DNA of 64,000 nucleotides from Escherichia coli (GTDB lineage Bacteria; Pseudomonadota; Gammaproteobacteria; Enterobacterales; Enterobacteriaceae): NCBI RefSeq assembly GCF_003790525.1, contig NZ_CP033635.1; one strand, 5' to 3'. Shown piece by piece: positions 1 to 10,110 of this stretch (position 1 is its first letter; each line of letters starts with the position of its first letter). The notes under the pieces were generated by a model. It saw only the letters and a program-made list of their open reading frames with translations, ran no database searches and was not told where the DNA came from. The position numbers and the translations under genes were made by a program.

Positions 1-579
1 TTACTGGAAATGCTGGTGGCAATTGCCATTTTTGCCTCACTGGCACTGATGGCGCAGCAGGTGACAAACGGCGTTACACGCGTGAATAGCGCCGTCGCCG
101 GACACGATCAAAAACTAAACCTCATGCAGCAAACGATGAGTTTTTTGAACCACGATCTGACACAAATGATGCCGCGTCCGGTAAGAGGCGATCAGGGCCA
201 GCGTGAACCAGCGTTACTGGCGGGCGCTGGCGTGCTGGCGTCTGAGAGTGAAGGGATGCGTTTTGTGCGCGGCGGCGTGGTTAATCCGTTGATGCGTCTG
301 CCGCGCAGTAATCTGCTCACCGTCGGTTACCGCATTCATGGTGGTTATCTCGAACGGTTAGCCTGGCCACTGACCGATGCGGCAGGCAGCGTGAAGCCAA
401 CAACGCAAAAATTAATCCCGGCGGATTCGCTCCGTTTGCAGTTCTACGACGGCACGCGCTGGCAGGAGAGCTGGTCATCAGTGCAGGCGATTCCTGTGGC
501 AGTACGCATAACCCTGCATTCGCCGCAATGGGGCGAAATTGAACGCATCTGGTTGTTACGCGGGCCGCAATTATCATGA
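1..579 (+). CDS. gspJ: type II secretion pseudopilin GspJ (5' end lies upstream of window)
   Basis: ORF in frame from window start; prepilin-like hydrophobic segment LLEMLVAIAIFA near the start; stop overlaps next gene start (ATGA at 576-579); followed by K/L/M-sized genes. Confidence 0.8.
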   Translation, partial: LLEMLVAIAIFASLALMAQQVTNGVTRVNSAVAGHDQKLNLMQQTMSFLNHDLTQMMPRPVRGDQGQREPALLAGAGVLASESEGMRFVRGGVVNPLMRLPRSNLLTVGYRIHGGYLERLAWPLTDAAGSVKPTTQKLIPADSLRLQFYDGTRWQESWSSVQAIPVAVRITLHSPQWGEIERIWLLRGPQLS

Positions 580-1553
580 TCACCTCACCACCAAAACGCG
601 GAATGGCACTGGTCGTGGTGCTGGTATTGCTGGCGGTTATGATGCTGGTGACCATCACGCTTTCCGGGCGGATGCAGCAACAACTTGGGCGAACGCGCAG
701 CCAGCAGGAGTACCAGCAGGCGCTGTGGTACAGCGCCAGTGCGGAAAGCCTGGCGTTGAGCGCACTCAGTCTGAGCCTGAAAAATGAAAAGCGCGTGCAT
801 CTGGCGCAGCCGTGGGCTTCCGGCCCTCGTTTTTTCCCACTGCCGCAGGGGCAAATTGCCGTCACCCTGCGTGACGCCCAGGCCTGCTTTAACCTGAATG
901 CCCTCGCTCAGCCGACAACGGCGTCGCGTCCTATCGCGGTACAACAACTGATTGCCCTGATCTCGCGCCTGGATGTGCCTGCTTATCGGGCCGAACTGAT
1001 AGCCGAAAGCCTGTGGGAGTTTATTGACGAGGACCGCAGCGTGCAGACGCGTCTGGGGCGTGAAGACAGCGAGTATCTCGCCCGCTCGGTGCCGTTCTAC
1101 GCCGCTAATCAACCGCTGGCTGATATCAGCGAGATGCGCGTGGTGCAGGGAATGGACGCCGGGCTTTATCAAAAACTGAAACCGTTGGTCTGTGCGCTGC
1201 CGATGGCCCGCCAGCAAATCAACATCAATACATTAGATGTCACGCAAAGTGTGATTCTTGAGGCGCTGTTTGACCCGTGGTTAAGCTCTGTTCAGGCGCG
1301 GGCGTTATTACAACAACGTCCGGCGAAGGGCTGGGAAGATGTCGATCAGTTTCTTGCTCAGCCGCTACTTGCAGACGTCGATGAGCGTACTAAAAAACAG
1401 CTAAAAACCGTCCTGAGCGTGGACAGCAATTACTTCTGGCTGCGTTCAGATATCACCGTGAATGAGATTGAACTGACGATGAACTCGTTAATTGTCCGCA
1501 TGGGCCCACAACACTTTTCTGTTCTCTGGCATCAGACAGGAGAAAGTGAGTGA
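576..1553 (+). CDS. gspK: type II secretion minor pseudopilin GspK
   Basis: 325 aa, N-terminal TM segment, position between gspJ and gspL, overlapping stop/start on both sides. Confidence 0.8.
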   Translation: MITSPPKRGMALVVVLVLLAVMMLVTITLSGRMQQQLGRTRSQQEYQQALWYSASAESLALSALSLSLKNEKRVHLAQPWASGPRFFPLPQGQIAVTLRDAQACFNLNALAQPTTASRPIAVQQLIALISRLDVPAYRAELIAESLWEFIDEDRSVQTRLGREDSEYLARSVPFYAANQPLADISEMRVVQGMDAGLYQKLKPLVCALPMARQQININTLDVTQSVILEALFDPWLSSVQARALLQQRPAKGWEDVDQFLAQPLLADVDERTKKQLKTVLSVDSNYFWLRSDITVNEIELTMNSLIVRMGPQHFSVLWHQTGESE

Positions 1554-2728
1554 GTTCCATGCTTGAGATTTTTTTCCCGCTTTGCGCTTCCGCTCCCATC
1601 CGTTGGCAGCGTCGTACCGCCGACGTGGAGTGCGGCATCTGGCCTGACGTTGCTGATGAATGTCTCCAGCAATGGCTGCAAACTGATGCGATTCGACTCT
1701 ACATTCCCGGCGAATGGATCAGCTTCTGGCAGGTTGAACTGCCTGATGTGCCCCGCAAGCAGATACCGACGATTCTGCCCGCCTTGCTGGAAGAAGAGCT
1801 GAACCAGGATATCGATGAACTGCATTTCGCCCCGTTGAAAATCGACCAACAACTGGCAACCGTAGCTGTGATTCACCAGCAGCATATGCGCAACATTGCG
1901 CAGTGGTTGCAGGCAAACGGCATCACCCGCGCTACCGTCGCGCCGGACTGGATGTCTATTCCTTGTGGGTTTATGGCTGGCGATGCGCAACGGGTTATCT
2001 GCCGCATCGATGAATGCCGGGGATGGAGTGCCGGGCGGGCGCTGGCTCCGGTCATGTTCCGCGCACAGCTCAATGAGCAGGATTTACCGCTTTCACTAAC
2101 CGTGGTCGGCATTGCACCGGAAGAACTGTCTGCATGGGCTGGTGCAGACGCCGAACGCCTGACCGTTACGGCTCTGCCCGCCATTACCACTTATGGCGAA
2201 CCGGAAGGGAACCTGCTAACAGGGCCGTGGCAGCCTCGTGTCAGCTACCGAAAACAGTGGGCGCGCTGGCGGGTGATGATTCTGCCGATATTGCTGATTC
2301 TGGTTGCGCTGGTAGTGGAACGGGGCGTGACGTTATGGAGCGTCAGCGAACAGGTGGCGCAAAGCCGCACCCAGGCGGAGAAACAGTTCTTAACGTTGTT
2401 CCCGGAGCAGAAGCGGATTGTGAATTTGCGTTCCCAGGTGACGATGGCGCTGAAAAAATATCGCCCGCAGGCCGACGATACCCGGCTGCTCGCAGAATTG
2501 TCAGCGATCGCCAGTACCCTGAAATCAGCGTCACTTACCGACATCGAAATGCGTGGTTTCACCTTTGATCAAAAACGCCAGACGCTCCACCTTCAGTTGC
2601 GGGCCGCGAACTTTGCCAGTTTCGACAAACTGCGTAGCGCACTGGCGGCAGATTATGTTGTGCAACAGGACGCGTTACAGAAAGAGGGTGATGCGGTTTC
2701 CGGCGGCGTAACGTTGCGGAGGAAATAA
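1550..2728 (+). CDS. gspL: type II secretion inner membrane protein GspL
   Basis: 392 aa, GTG start overlapping gspK stop; single central TM segment (ILPILLILVALVV); operon context. Confidence 0.75.
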   Translation: MSSMLEIFFPLCASAPIRWQRRTADVECGIWPDVADECLQQWLQTDAIRLYIPGEWISFWQVELPDVPRKQIPTILPALLEEELNQDIDELHFAPLKIDQQLATVAVIHQQHMRNIAQWLQANGITRATVAPDWMSIPCGFMAGDAQRVICRIDECRGWSAGRALAPVMFRAQLNEQDLPLSLTVVGIAPEELSAWAGADAERLTVTALPAITTYGEPEGNLLTGPWQPRVSYRKQWARWRVMILPILLILVALVVERGVTLWSVSEQVAQSRTQAEKQFLTLFPEQKRIVNLRSQVTMALKKYRPQADDTRLLAELSAIASTLKSASLTDIEMRGFTFDQKRQTLHLQLRAANFASFDKLRSALAADYVVQQDALQKEGDAVSGGVTLRRK

Positions 2729-2729
2729 C

Positions 2730-3266
2730 ATGTTACGCGATAAATTTATTCACTATTTTCAGCAATGGCGTGAACGCCAGTTAAGCCGTGGCGAACACTG
2801 GCTGGCACAACACCTGGCGGAGCGTTCTCCGCGTGAAAAGGGCATGTTACTGGCAGCGGTGGTGTTCCTGTTTAGTGTCGGATATTACGTCCTCATCTGG
2901 CAGCCGTTGAGCGAACGGATAGAACAACAGGAGACGATGTTGCAGCAGCTGGTGGCGATGAACACCCGACTGAAGAGCGCCGCGCCGGATATTATTGCGG
3001 CGCGAAAATCCGGCACGACAACGCCAGTACAGGTATCGCGGGTCATCAGCGACAGCGCTTCCGCGCACTCGGTGGTCATCAAACGGATTGCCGAGCGTGG
3101 GGAGAATATTCAAGTCTGGATAGAACCAGTGGTGTTTAATGACCTGCTGAACTGGTTAAACGCGCTGGATGAAAAGTACGCGCTGCGGGTGACACAAATT
3201 GATGTCAGTGCGGGTGAGAAGCCTGGGATGGTGAATGTGCAGCGACTGGAGTTTGGACGGGGGTAG
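2730..3266 (+). CDS. gspM: type II secretion protein GspM (YghD-like)
   Basis: 178 aa, N-terminal TM segment, immediately downstream of gspL; last gene of the operon before the AT-rich kps flank. Confidence 0.75.
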   Translation: MLRDKFIHYFQQWRERQLSRGEHWLAQHLAERSPREKGMLLAAVVFLFSVGYYVLIWQPLSERIEQQETMLQQLVAMNTRLKSAAPDIIAARKSGTTTPVQVSRVISDSASAHSVVIKRIAERGENIQVWIEPVVFNDLLNWLNALDEKYALRVTQIDVSAGEKPGMVNVQRLEFGRG

Positions 3267-3494
3267 GTATTGCCATTTCCTTAACCCCACCTGATAACCC
3301 TTAGCCCAATGGTGAGTGCGGAACTGTCAAACCCGCTCACCGGGCTGAGTTTCGATGTAGCAAGAATTATCTCCCTCCAGACCACCACGGAATATTCGGT
3401 AACACTGAAGGAACCTGTTTTTCACCATGTAGCCTTCGTTAATCTACACCTTTCTAAGACTGTAAAGATGCTTAAGTGTTTTGACACATTATGA

Positions 3495-4322
3495 TTATTA
3501 ATAGTTGTAATAAATCATTGAGTAACAATTGATAGGCCAAAACATATAGGATAATTCTTGTGTGATCTGTATTTTGTGTAGCCTGGAAATTAGTAAAATT
3601 CCTGGAGATAATCAGAAAGGGAATTTCAAATAAGCATAATAATTTCCAGTGAAACTATTCGTCGATTTTAAGAAATGTCTGCTCAGGTATATCTACTGAG
3701 GGATGGTGTTGGTTGTAACACTGGTTAAAATAAATACACAAAATAATCAAGATGTATATTTTAATCGACGAAAATAATTACTTTCGGGATTATTGATGCA
3801 ACTTAAATAACACCATTTAAATGTGATATAAATCACAAATATGGCTGTAAAGAGGGGGCTGTAGATATAAATAAGAAGTACACGAGTGAATTTTAAATAG
3901 GGAAATAGTTTCTCGGTGAACAATTTATTGGTAATCAATCGCGTGCGTTCTGGTTTGAAACAGATTGCAGGTATTGTTACGCATAAAATCCATAGGGGAT
4001 ATTATAATCAAGTAGTTAACAGTAATAACAAAAAATAATTTCCTGAGAAATTAACTCTGCATTCTAAAACGGCCAGTTTTCTGAAATTACCAGAAGACCG
4101 AATACATTCATGCCTGAAGAATGGATTAGAAGAAACGAGACGGAAATAGATCTATTTATCCCTGCGGAAATAATTTCTGCTGAAATTGTTTGCGGCTATT
4201 AAAAAGGTCAAACCGTCTGAGTAAATTTTATCCAGTTACAAACAAGTATTACCTCCAGTGTATTGGTAGCTGTTAAGCCAGGGGCGGTAGCATACCTGAA
4301 GAGAATAGGGTCACATCATCAA
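3495..4322 (+). promoter_or_regulatory. AT-rich kps region 3 promoter and long 5' leader upstream of kpsM
   Basis: ~0.8 kb AT-rich non-coding DNA upstream of kpsM; group 2 capsule loci are known to have a distant promoter and long leader; exact -35/-10 not assigned. Confidence 0.4.
4283..4294 (+). promoter_or_regulatory. ops (operon polarity suppressor, RfaH-dependent) element GGCGGTAG in the kpsM leader
   Basis: Exact GGCGGTAG core at 4283-4290, about 33 nt upstream of the kpsM ATG at 4323, the position expected for group 2 capsule region 3. Confidence 0.75.
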
Positions 4323-5099
4323 ATGGCAAGAAGTGGATTTGAAGTCCAGAAAGTCACCGTAGAGGCATTATTTCTACGAGAAATACGAACACGCTTTGGT
4401 AAGTTCCGTCTGGGATATCTGTGGGCGATTCTCGAACCCTCTGCGCATTTGCTGATACTGTTGGGCATTTTTGGTTACATTATGCACCGCACGATGCCAG
4501 ACATCTCATTCCCGGTGTTTTTACTTAATGGCCTGATTCCCTTTTTTATCTTTAGCAGTATCAGCAATCGTTCTGTAGGTGCTATTGAAGCGAATCAGGG
4601 GCTGTTTAATTATCGACCAGTAAAACCCATCGATACGATCATTGCGCGTGCATTGCTTGAGACACTGATTTACGTTGCTGTTTATATATTGCTTATGCTT
4701 ATCGTCTGGATGGCAGGCGAATATTTCGAAATAACAAACTTTTTACAACTTGTGCTTACCTGGAGTTTGTTAATCATTCTTTCATGTGGCGTTGGCTTAA
4801 TATTCATGGTCGTTGGTAAAACCTTCCCTGAAATGCAAAAGGTCCTGCCGATACTGCTTAAGCCGCTGTATTTCATCTCCTGCATCATGTTCCCTCTACA
4901 CTCGATTCCGAAGCAATACTGGTCATATCTACTCTGGAATCCATTAGTGCATGTCGTAGAGTTAAGCCGCGAGGCAGTTATGCCTGGCTATATCAGCGAA
5001 GGCGTGAGTCTGAATTACCTGGCAATGTTTACATTGATAACTCTGTTCATTGGTCTGGCGTTATACCGAACTCGTGAGGAGGCAATGCTGACATCATGA
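4323..5099 (+). CDS. kpsM: capsule polysaccharide ABC transporter permease KpsM
   Basis: Protein from MARSGFEVQKV matches KpsM as I recall it; multi-TM ABC-2 permease; ATG 4323 chosen over the upstream in-frame start of the track ORF (4263). Confidence 0.9.
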   Translation: MARSGFEVQKVTVEALFLREIRTRFGKFRLGYLWAILEPSAHLLILLGIFGYIMHRTMPDISFPVFLLNGLIPFFIFSSISNRSVGAIEANQGLFNYRPVKPIDTIIARALLETLIYVAVYILLMLIVWMAGEYFEITNFLQLVLTWSLLIILSCGVGLIFMVVGKTFPEMQKVLPILLKPLYFISCIMFPLHSIPKQYWSYLLWNPLVHVVELSREAVMPGYISEGVSLNYLAMFTLITLFIGLALYRTREEAMLTS

Positions 5100-5198
5100 T
5101 TACTTATCACTAGTATAAAACAGGAACAACATCATAGAAACATCAAAAAAACAAAAGTATATATCTATTGTATTAAAACTTTAAAATCAGGCTGAATA

Positions 5199-6191
5199 AT
5201 GTTAACAGCTATAATTCCGATAGATCTGAAGCGTAGACCTAAAGATATAATTAGAAAAGCAATAAATATTGCTGAGGCAACAAAAAATAATAATATAAAA
5301 GTTATATTTGGTCATGGGAATCGTTTCACTACATATGATCGCACCTTTACAAGATTGTTAAATGGGTATGAGAATGTCCATGTAAAATCATGCGATAATT
5401 TTTCTAAGGCCATAAATGCATCTCTATTAAGAAATCAGGCGTTTAAATCAGTTGAAAGTGAATATGTTATATTACTGGATGTGGATATATACCCTGATTT
5501 TAATTTATTTGAAAAGTATAAAGAGAAAATAAAATCTGGCATAAAGCCGTTTTATATTTTGCCATGCCTATATTTAACAAAATACGGGACAAGTATATTA
5601 AATGATAGAAAGGCTTCAATTGAATCATTAAAAAAAAAGTACTTTGCGTTTTCTAGGAAAGAGTTTTTGCATTTAGCCAGCCCTTCTTCTATTACAATAT
5701 TAAAATCAGCTGATTATGAAACACTTCATGGTTTTGATGAGAGTTTTCGAGGTCATGGCTATGAAGATTTTGATTTCTTGGTGCGCTTGTATAACCATTA
5801 TTTTATACCTAAAGTAAAGGCTGATTTTTTGGCCGATAGGCCATGTCATTCTCCATTGTTTGTCACAGGGTTTAGACGATACTTAGGCGAATACTGTTTA
5901 GATATTTTATTGCATAAAGACTTTGCGTTTCATTTATACCATAATAAAAACAGGAATGAAGATTATTATATAGCTAGAACTGAAAATTATCATATATTCA
6001 AACAGAAGCACAAAAAAAATATAAGCAATGAACGATATTACGATTCAACGTTGCTTATGTTATTTATTAAACACTGCATTGATAAGGGGGAGGACATTCG
6101 AAATTATAGCATATATTTCGATAATAAACCTGGACATATAGACCGTTACGATACGTTACGACGAAGAATTAAATTTTTGCTAAATCAATAA
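5199..6191 (+). CDS. GT-A fold glycosyltransferase (serotype-specific capsule region)
   Basis: 330 aa, AT-rich; DxD-like LLDVDIYP and GFDESFRGHGYEDFDF motif typical of GT2/GalT-like transferases. Confidence 0.7.
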   Translation: MLTAIIPIDLKRRPKDIIRKAINIAEATKNNNIKVIFGHGNRFTTYDRTFTRLLNGYENVHVKSCDNFSKAINASLLRNQAFKSVESEYVILLDVDIYPDFNLFEKYKEKIKSGIKPFYILPCLYLTKYGTSILNDRKASIESLKKKYFAFSRKEFLHLASPSSITILKSADYETLHGFDESFRGHGYEDFDFLVRLYNHYFIPKVKADFLADRPCHSPLFVTGFRRYLGEYCLDILLHKDFAFHLYHNKNRNEDYYIARTENYHIFKQKHKKNISNERYYDSTLLMLFIKHCIDKGEDIRNYSIYFDNKPGHIDRYDTLRRRIKFLLNQ

Positions 6192-6210
6192 ATTTTAGTG
6201 AAGGTGTGTT

Positions 6211-9200
6211 GTGAAAATTAAAAAGATCAAAAAACTTTTTAAAAATCCCAAATCATTTATTGCGGACTCTCGTTATTTTAATTTTATAAATAGTAAAAAA
6301 AAAGTTGATAATAAATTAGAAATAGGATTTATTGTAATTTCTCAGAACCATGATTTATCAAGATACTCAATAGATAGTATAATACAGGCAAACAATGCAG
6401 CATCAAAATCTTTCCCTTATATCGTTATACATGACTACGATGAAAAATGTGGTACTGACACTATACATACTATAGTTAAAAAACTTGATACACCATACAT
6501 AAAAATCCTCTTTGATGGAGAAAAAATACACAGGGATTTTATTATTAAATTTTCAAATCACAATATAGATCCTAACAATAATGATATAATATTACATGCA
6601 TTTTCTACAAATTCAAATGTAAAACAGGTAGATGGTTTATTATCTAGTTCTAAAGATATATCATTCAATAATCAGTTGTGGAAAGAACATGCGGTTTTGT
6701 TATTTTCTACGCTAATAATTAAATCTGACTTAATATTAAATACTAGCAAAATACTTCATCACGGTGGAAGAATTATAGATGCGCTAAATGTGCTTCGTAT
6801 TTTTAGAGAATGTGAGGAAATGGACTATGTTTTATATTTGAATGATATGTATTCTTTCAATAGTGCCTCGCTGAAACTGGAGGAAAAGATAAAAGTATTG
6901 ATGGAGGATGAGTTATTATTAAAAATAACATTTGCAGAAATCTTTGAACATGTAAGCTTGGGGGGGAGGAATGTTTTTTATAGGAAGACGTTGTTTTATT
7001 TCATACACAATATAGTTTTGTTCTTGCTAAAAAACAAAAAAACAGATGAGCGCCTCCATGAGGAAACAAAAACATTAATTAAAACCCAGTTAACAGATAT
7101 AATAAGAATACTTGGAGTTGATATACTAAAGGGCTTTTCTGCAAAAAATTATAATCATGTTCACAAAATTGGATATTTAAAACTAATAGGAGTGAAAGCA
7201 GATAAAGATCTATGTTATATTGAAGATATAAATAGCGAGAATAAAATTGTAAAAGTCAAAATAGCATCACAAACAGATGCCTACCCACAGATATTACTTA
7301 ATAAAGAGTATTTAATTCCTTTTACAGCCAAGGTTAAAGACTTAACAATTTTTGACGTTAATTTCTCACACGAGATATATTCTTGGTTCTCTTATGATGC
7401 AATATCACAAGAACTTGTCATAAAAAAAGAAAATAACACTGAAATCCTCTCTGGTGGAAAACATTATAAAAAAATAAAAATAGAAAACATAATAAAAAAT
7501 TTTGAAAGAAGAGATTTAATTAACAGTTCATTACCTTTAATGTCAAAAATATTAAGATATTTACACACTGTATCATTTTTTCAGAAGAAATTTCTAAATG
7601 CATGGGTTTTTATAGATAATGAAATAAGAGCAGATGATAATGCGGAGCATTTCTATCGATATATATCCCAAAAACATCCTGATATAAATATATACTTTCT
7701 TTTGAGCAAAAAGTCTGTAGATTGGGAACGACTAAAAAAAGCTGGTTTTAAATTAGTTAAATTTGGTGGCTTTTACCATCGCTTGCTACTGCTAAACGCT
7801 CGTTATCTGCTTTCCTCCCACGCTAATCCTGCAATTGTCAACTATTTACCTAAAAAATATTATGCAGATCTTATGAAATACAAGTTTGTATTCCTTCAGC
7901 ACGGTATAACGAAGGATGACCAATCAGAATGGTTAAATAGCCGCAAAATAGATTATTTGGTGACGGCTTCAAAATTTGAACATGATGATATTTCTCGAAG
8001 AGGTAGGTATAGATATACTACAAAAGAAGTCGTACTTACTGGTTTTCCTCGGTTTGATAATTTATCAAATGTTGATACAAGAAATAAACAAATATTAATT
8101 ATGCCAACATGGAGAAAAGAACTTGCAGGAGAATTGATGAAAAAAAGCAGTAAAAGAATAAAAAATAAAGATTTTGCTAATTCATTATTCTGTAAAATGT
8201 GGGGAGGAGTTTTAAGATCTGAGTCTTTATATAATGCTTATAAAAAGAAGGGGTATACAATAATATTTTACCCTCACCCTAATCTTGCTGATTACATTAG
8301 TGACTTAAATATTCCAGATTACGTTAAAATTGGTAGTTTAGAGAATGAAAGTATCCAGAGTATTTTCAAAAAAACTAATTTGCTTATTACGGATTATTCT
8401 TCGGTGGCGTTTGATATAGCGTATATGAAAACGCCAGTTATTTATTTTCAGTTCGATAGCGACACTTTTTTTTCAAATCATTCATATTCAAAAGGATATT
8501 TTGATTATAATGATTTTGGGTTTGGGCCTGTTGTAAAAAATATAAATGACTTATCTGAACAACTAAATCTAATAGTTGATAATAACTGCAATCTTACTGA
8601 TTTTTATATGTCACGTATAAAGTCATTTTTCCCATTTTCGGATAATAATAACTCATCTAGATTATATAAAGTTTTGAGTGTTGGAGTAAATAAAAAACAT
8701 GATTTGGAAACATTGTATAATTATTTACTAATGTTCACTTCAATTATCGATATTGAAGGTATAGCGCTAATGTTAAATAACTATAAGCAACAACTACAAA
8801 AAATATTATATAAAGAGGGTTGTGATATATGTGTGGTTATAAATTGCTTATATTTGATTGCTAATGTAATTGATGAGCCTAAATTAAATTTAGCCATAAG
8901 AAATTTACTAGATGGCGTGGAATTAACTAACGGGGCACTTAAAAAAAATCATTCTTTTGGAATGAATAATGGTGTCGATAGCCATATATCATACATTGAA
9001 GACCAAATAGAAACATTGTCAACAATTATTGATACTAATAGTAAACTGTTAAGATATCTAATCGATCTTCACGCTTTTTTGACATTCTTTAAGAATGAAG
9101 AATATGTTCAAGCAGTATTTTCATTTAAACATTTGCAAAATAATCTTAAACTTAGAATAGATGTGCGTATCGTTTATATATATGTTCTCTCGTTACTGAG

Positions 9201-9945
9201 AGATAGGCAAATCAAGGAGGCAATGGATATAGCAAAGAAACTATCACTAAGTGATGAAAATAAAGAAGAACTATTAATTGAATTAGTAAGATTTGATAAT
9301 GTAAAGAACATAAAATCGATTGATATTGATTTTCTTTTGCCTTCAAAGAATGATGAGACGCTATTAAAATTATATTATAATGTAAAACAAAACATCCCGG
9401 AAAACATCGTAAAGAGATATTCTCATATTGATGATATGCCCTATTTTGTTTTTGAGTTTTATTTAGATGAGTTATTGTCAAAAAAAGAATTTGAAGGCTA
9501 TTACGAGTACTTAAACAATTCAAAAAACAAAGTGCAATATCTTGACAATAACATTAATAAATATAAATACATCAAGTGTATCTTTAATATACTCGGCCCT
9601 AATGCTTTTTATGAGGAATTATGTGAAGTATCTAAAGAGGATTGTCTACATAAATCATTTAATTATTTGTTTTTAAATAATATAACTTCTGATGCGGGTT
9701 TTTTTCATAAAATAATAAAGACTTTAATAACTTTTGGGTTACATAATTTTTCTTGTTTGGAAGTTTACAATTACATACTGTACTTTTATAAGCAAGAGCG
9801 GCCTGATCTGGCTAAAGATGTCATGTATATCTTTTCTATTAAACAAAATGAGCGATTTTATAATGATACCAAAAACTGGAAAAGTCATGATGACTATGAC
9901 ACATTAGTTAAAGCGGTATCTGAGCTTGAAAATTCGATGAAATAA
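6211..9945 (+). CDS. large multidomain capsule polymerase candidate with TagF-like glycerol/ribitol-phosphate transferase domain
   Basis: 1244 aa, GTG start; central region with TagF/TarF-type signatures (IMPTWRKE, ITDYSSVAFD, HPN); long N- and C-terminal extensions. Confidence 0.75.
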   Translation: MKIKKIKKLFKNPKSFIADSRYFNFINSKKKVDNKLEIGFIVISQNHDLSRYSIDSIIQANNAASKSFPYIVIHDYDEKCGTDTIHTIVKKLDTPYIKILFDGEKIHRDFIIKFSNHNIDPNNNDIILHAFSTNSNVKQVDGLLSSSKDISFNNQLWKEHAVLLFSTLIIKSDLILNTSKILHHGGRIIDALNVLRIFRECEEMDYVLYLNDMYSFNSASLKLEEKIKVLMEDELLLKITFAEIFEHVSLGGRNVFYRKTLFYFIHNIVLFLLKNKKTDERLHEETKTLIKTQLTDIIRILGVDILKGFSAKNYNHVHKIGYLKLIGVKADKDLCYIEDINSENKIVKVKIASQTDAYPQILLNKEYLIPFTAKVKDLTIFDVNFSHEIYSWFSYDAISQELVIKKENNTEILSGGKHYKKIKIENIIKNFERRDLINSSLPLMSKILRYLHTVSFFQKKFLNAWVFIDNEIRADDNAEHFYRYISQKHPDINIYFLLSKKSVDWERLKKAGFKLVKFGGFYHRLLLLNARYLLSSHANPAIVNYLPKKYYADLMKYKFVFLQHGITKDDQSEWLNSRKIDYLVTASKFEHDDISRRGRYRYTTKEVVLTGFPRFDNLSNVDTRNKQILIMPTWRKELAGELMKKSSKRIKNKDFANSLFCKMWGGVLRSESLYNAYKKKGYTIIFYPHPNLADYISDLNIPDYVKIGSLENESIQSIFKKTNLLITDYSSVAFDIAYMKTPVIYFQFDSDTFFSNHSYSKGYFDYNDFGFGPVVKNINDLSEQLNLIVDNNCNLTDFYMSRIKSFFPFSDNNNSSRLYKVLSVGVNKKHDLETLYNYLLMFTSIIDIEGIALMLNNYKQQLQKILYKEGCDICVVINCLYLIANVIDEPKLNLAIRNLLDGVELTNGALKKNHSFGMNNGVDSHISYIEDQIETLSTIIDTNSKLLRYLIDLHAFLTFFKNEEYVQAVFSFKHLQNNLKLRIDVRIVYIYVLSLLRDRQIKEAMDIAKKLSLSDENKEELLIELVRFDNVKNIKSIDIDFLLPSKNDETLLKLYYNVKQNIPENIVKRYSHIDDMPYFVFEFYLDELLSKKEFEGYYEYLNNSKNKVQYLDNNINKYKYIKCIFNILGPNAFYEELCEVSKEDCLHKSFNYLFLNNITSDAGFFHKIIKTLITFGLHNFSCLEVYNYILYFYKQERPDLAKDVMYIFSIKQNERFYNDTKNWKSHDDYDTLVKAVSELENSMK

Positions 9946-10110
9946 TTATTAACACTAAAGGTAAAAATATAAAACACTTTATCTCCCGCAGCCCAGCCTC
10001 ATCAAAATCAAGCATTTGGATAAATAAAAAGACTGGGTTATTTATCAATAAATTTCTATAATAGCGTAAAATATTAATTAAATTTTTTCCTGATCTATAA
10101 AAATGAAATA

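Noticed and set aside
317-2562. Minus-strand and alternative-frame ORFs within gspJ-gspL (e.g. 317..865, 585..1217, 1532..1990, 2134..2568)
   Set aside because: Overlap the co-linear gsp genes; Arg/Cys-rich junk-like translations
3309-3938. ORFs 3309..3494 (+) and 3747..3938 (-) in the kpsM upstream region
   Set aside because: Short ORFs in AT-rich leader/promoter DNA without SD or recognisable motifs
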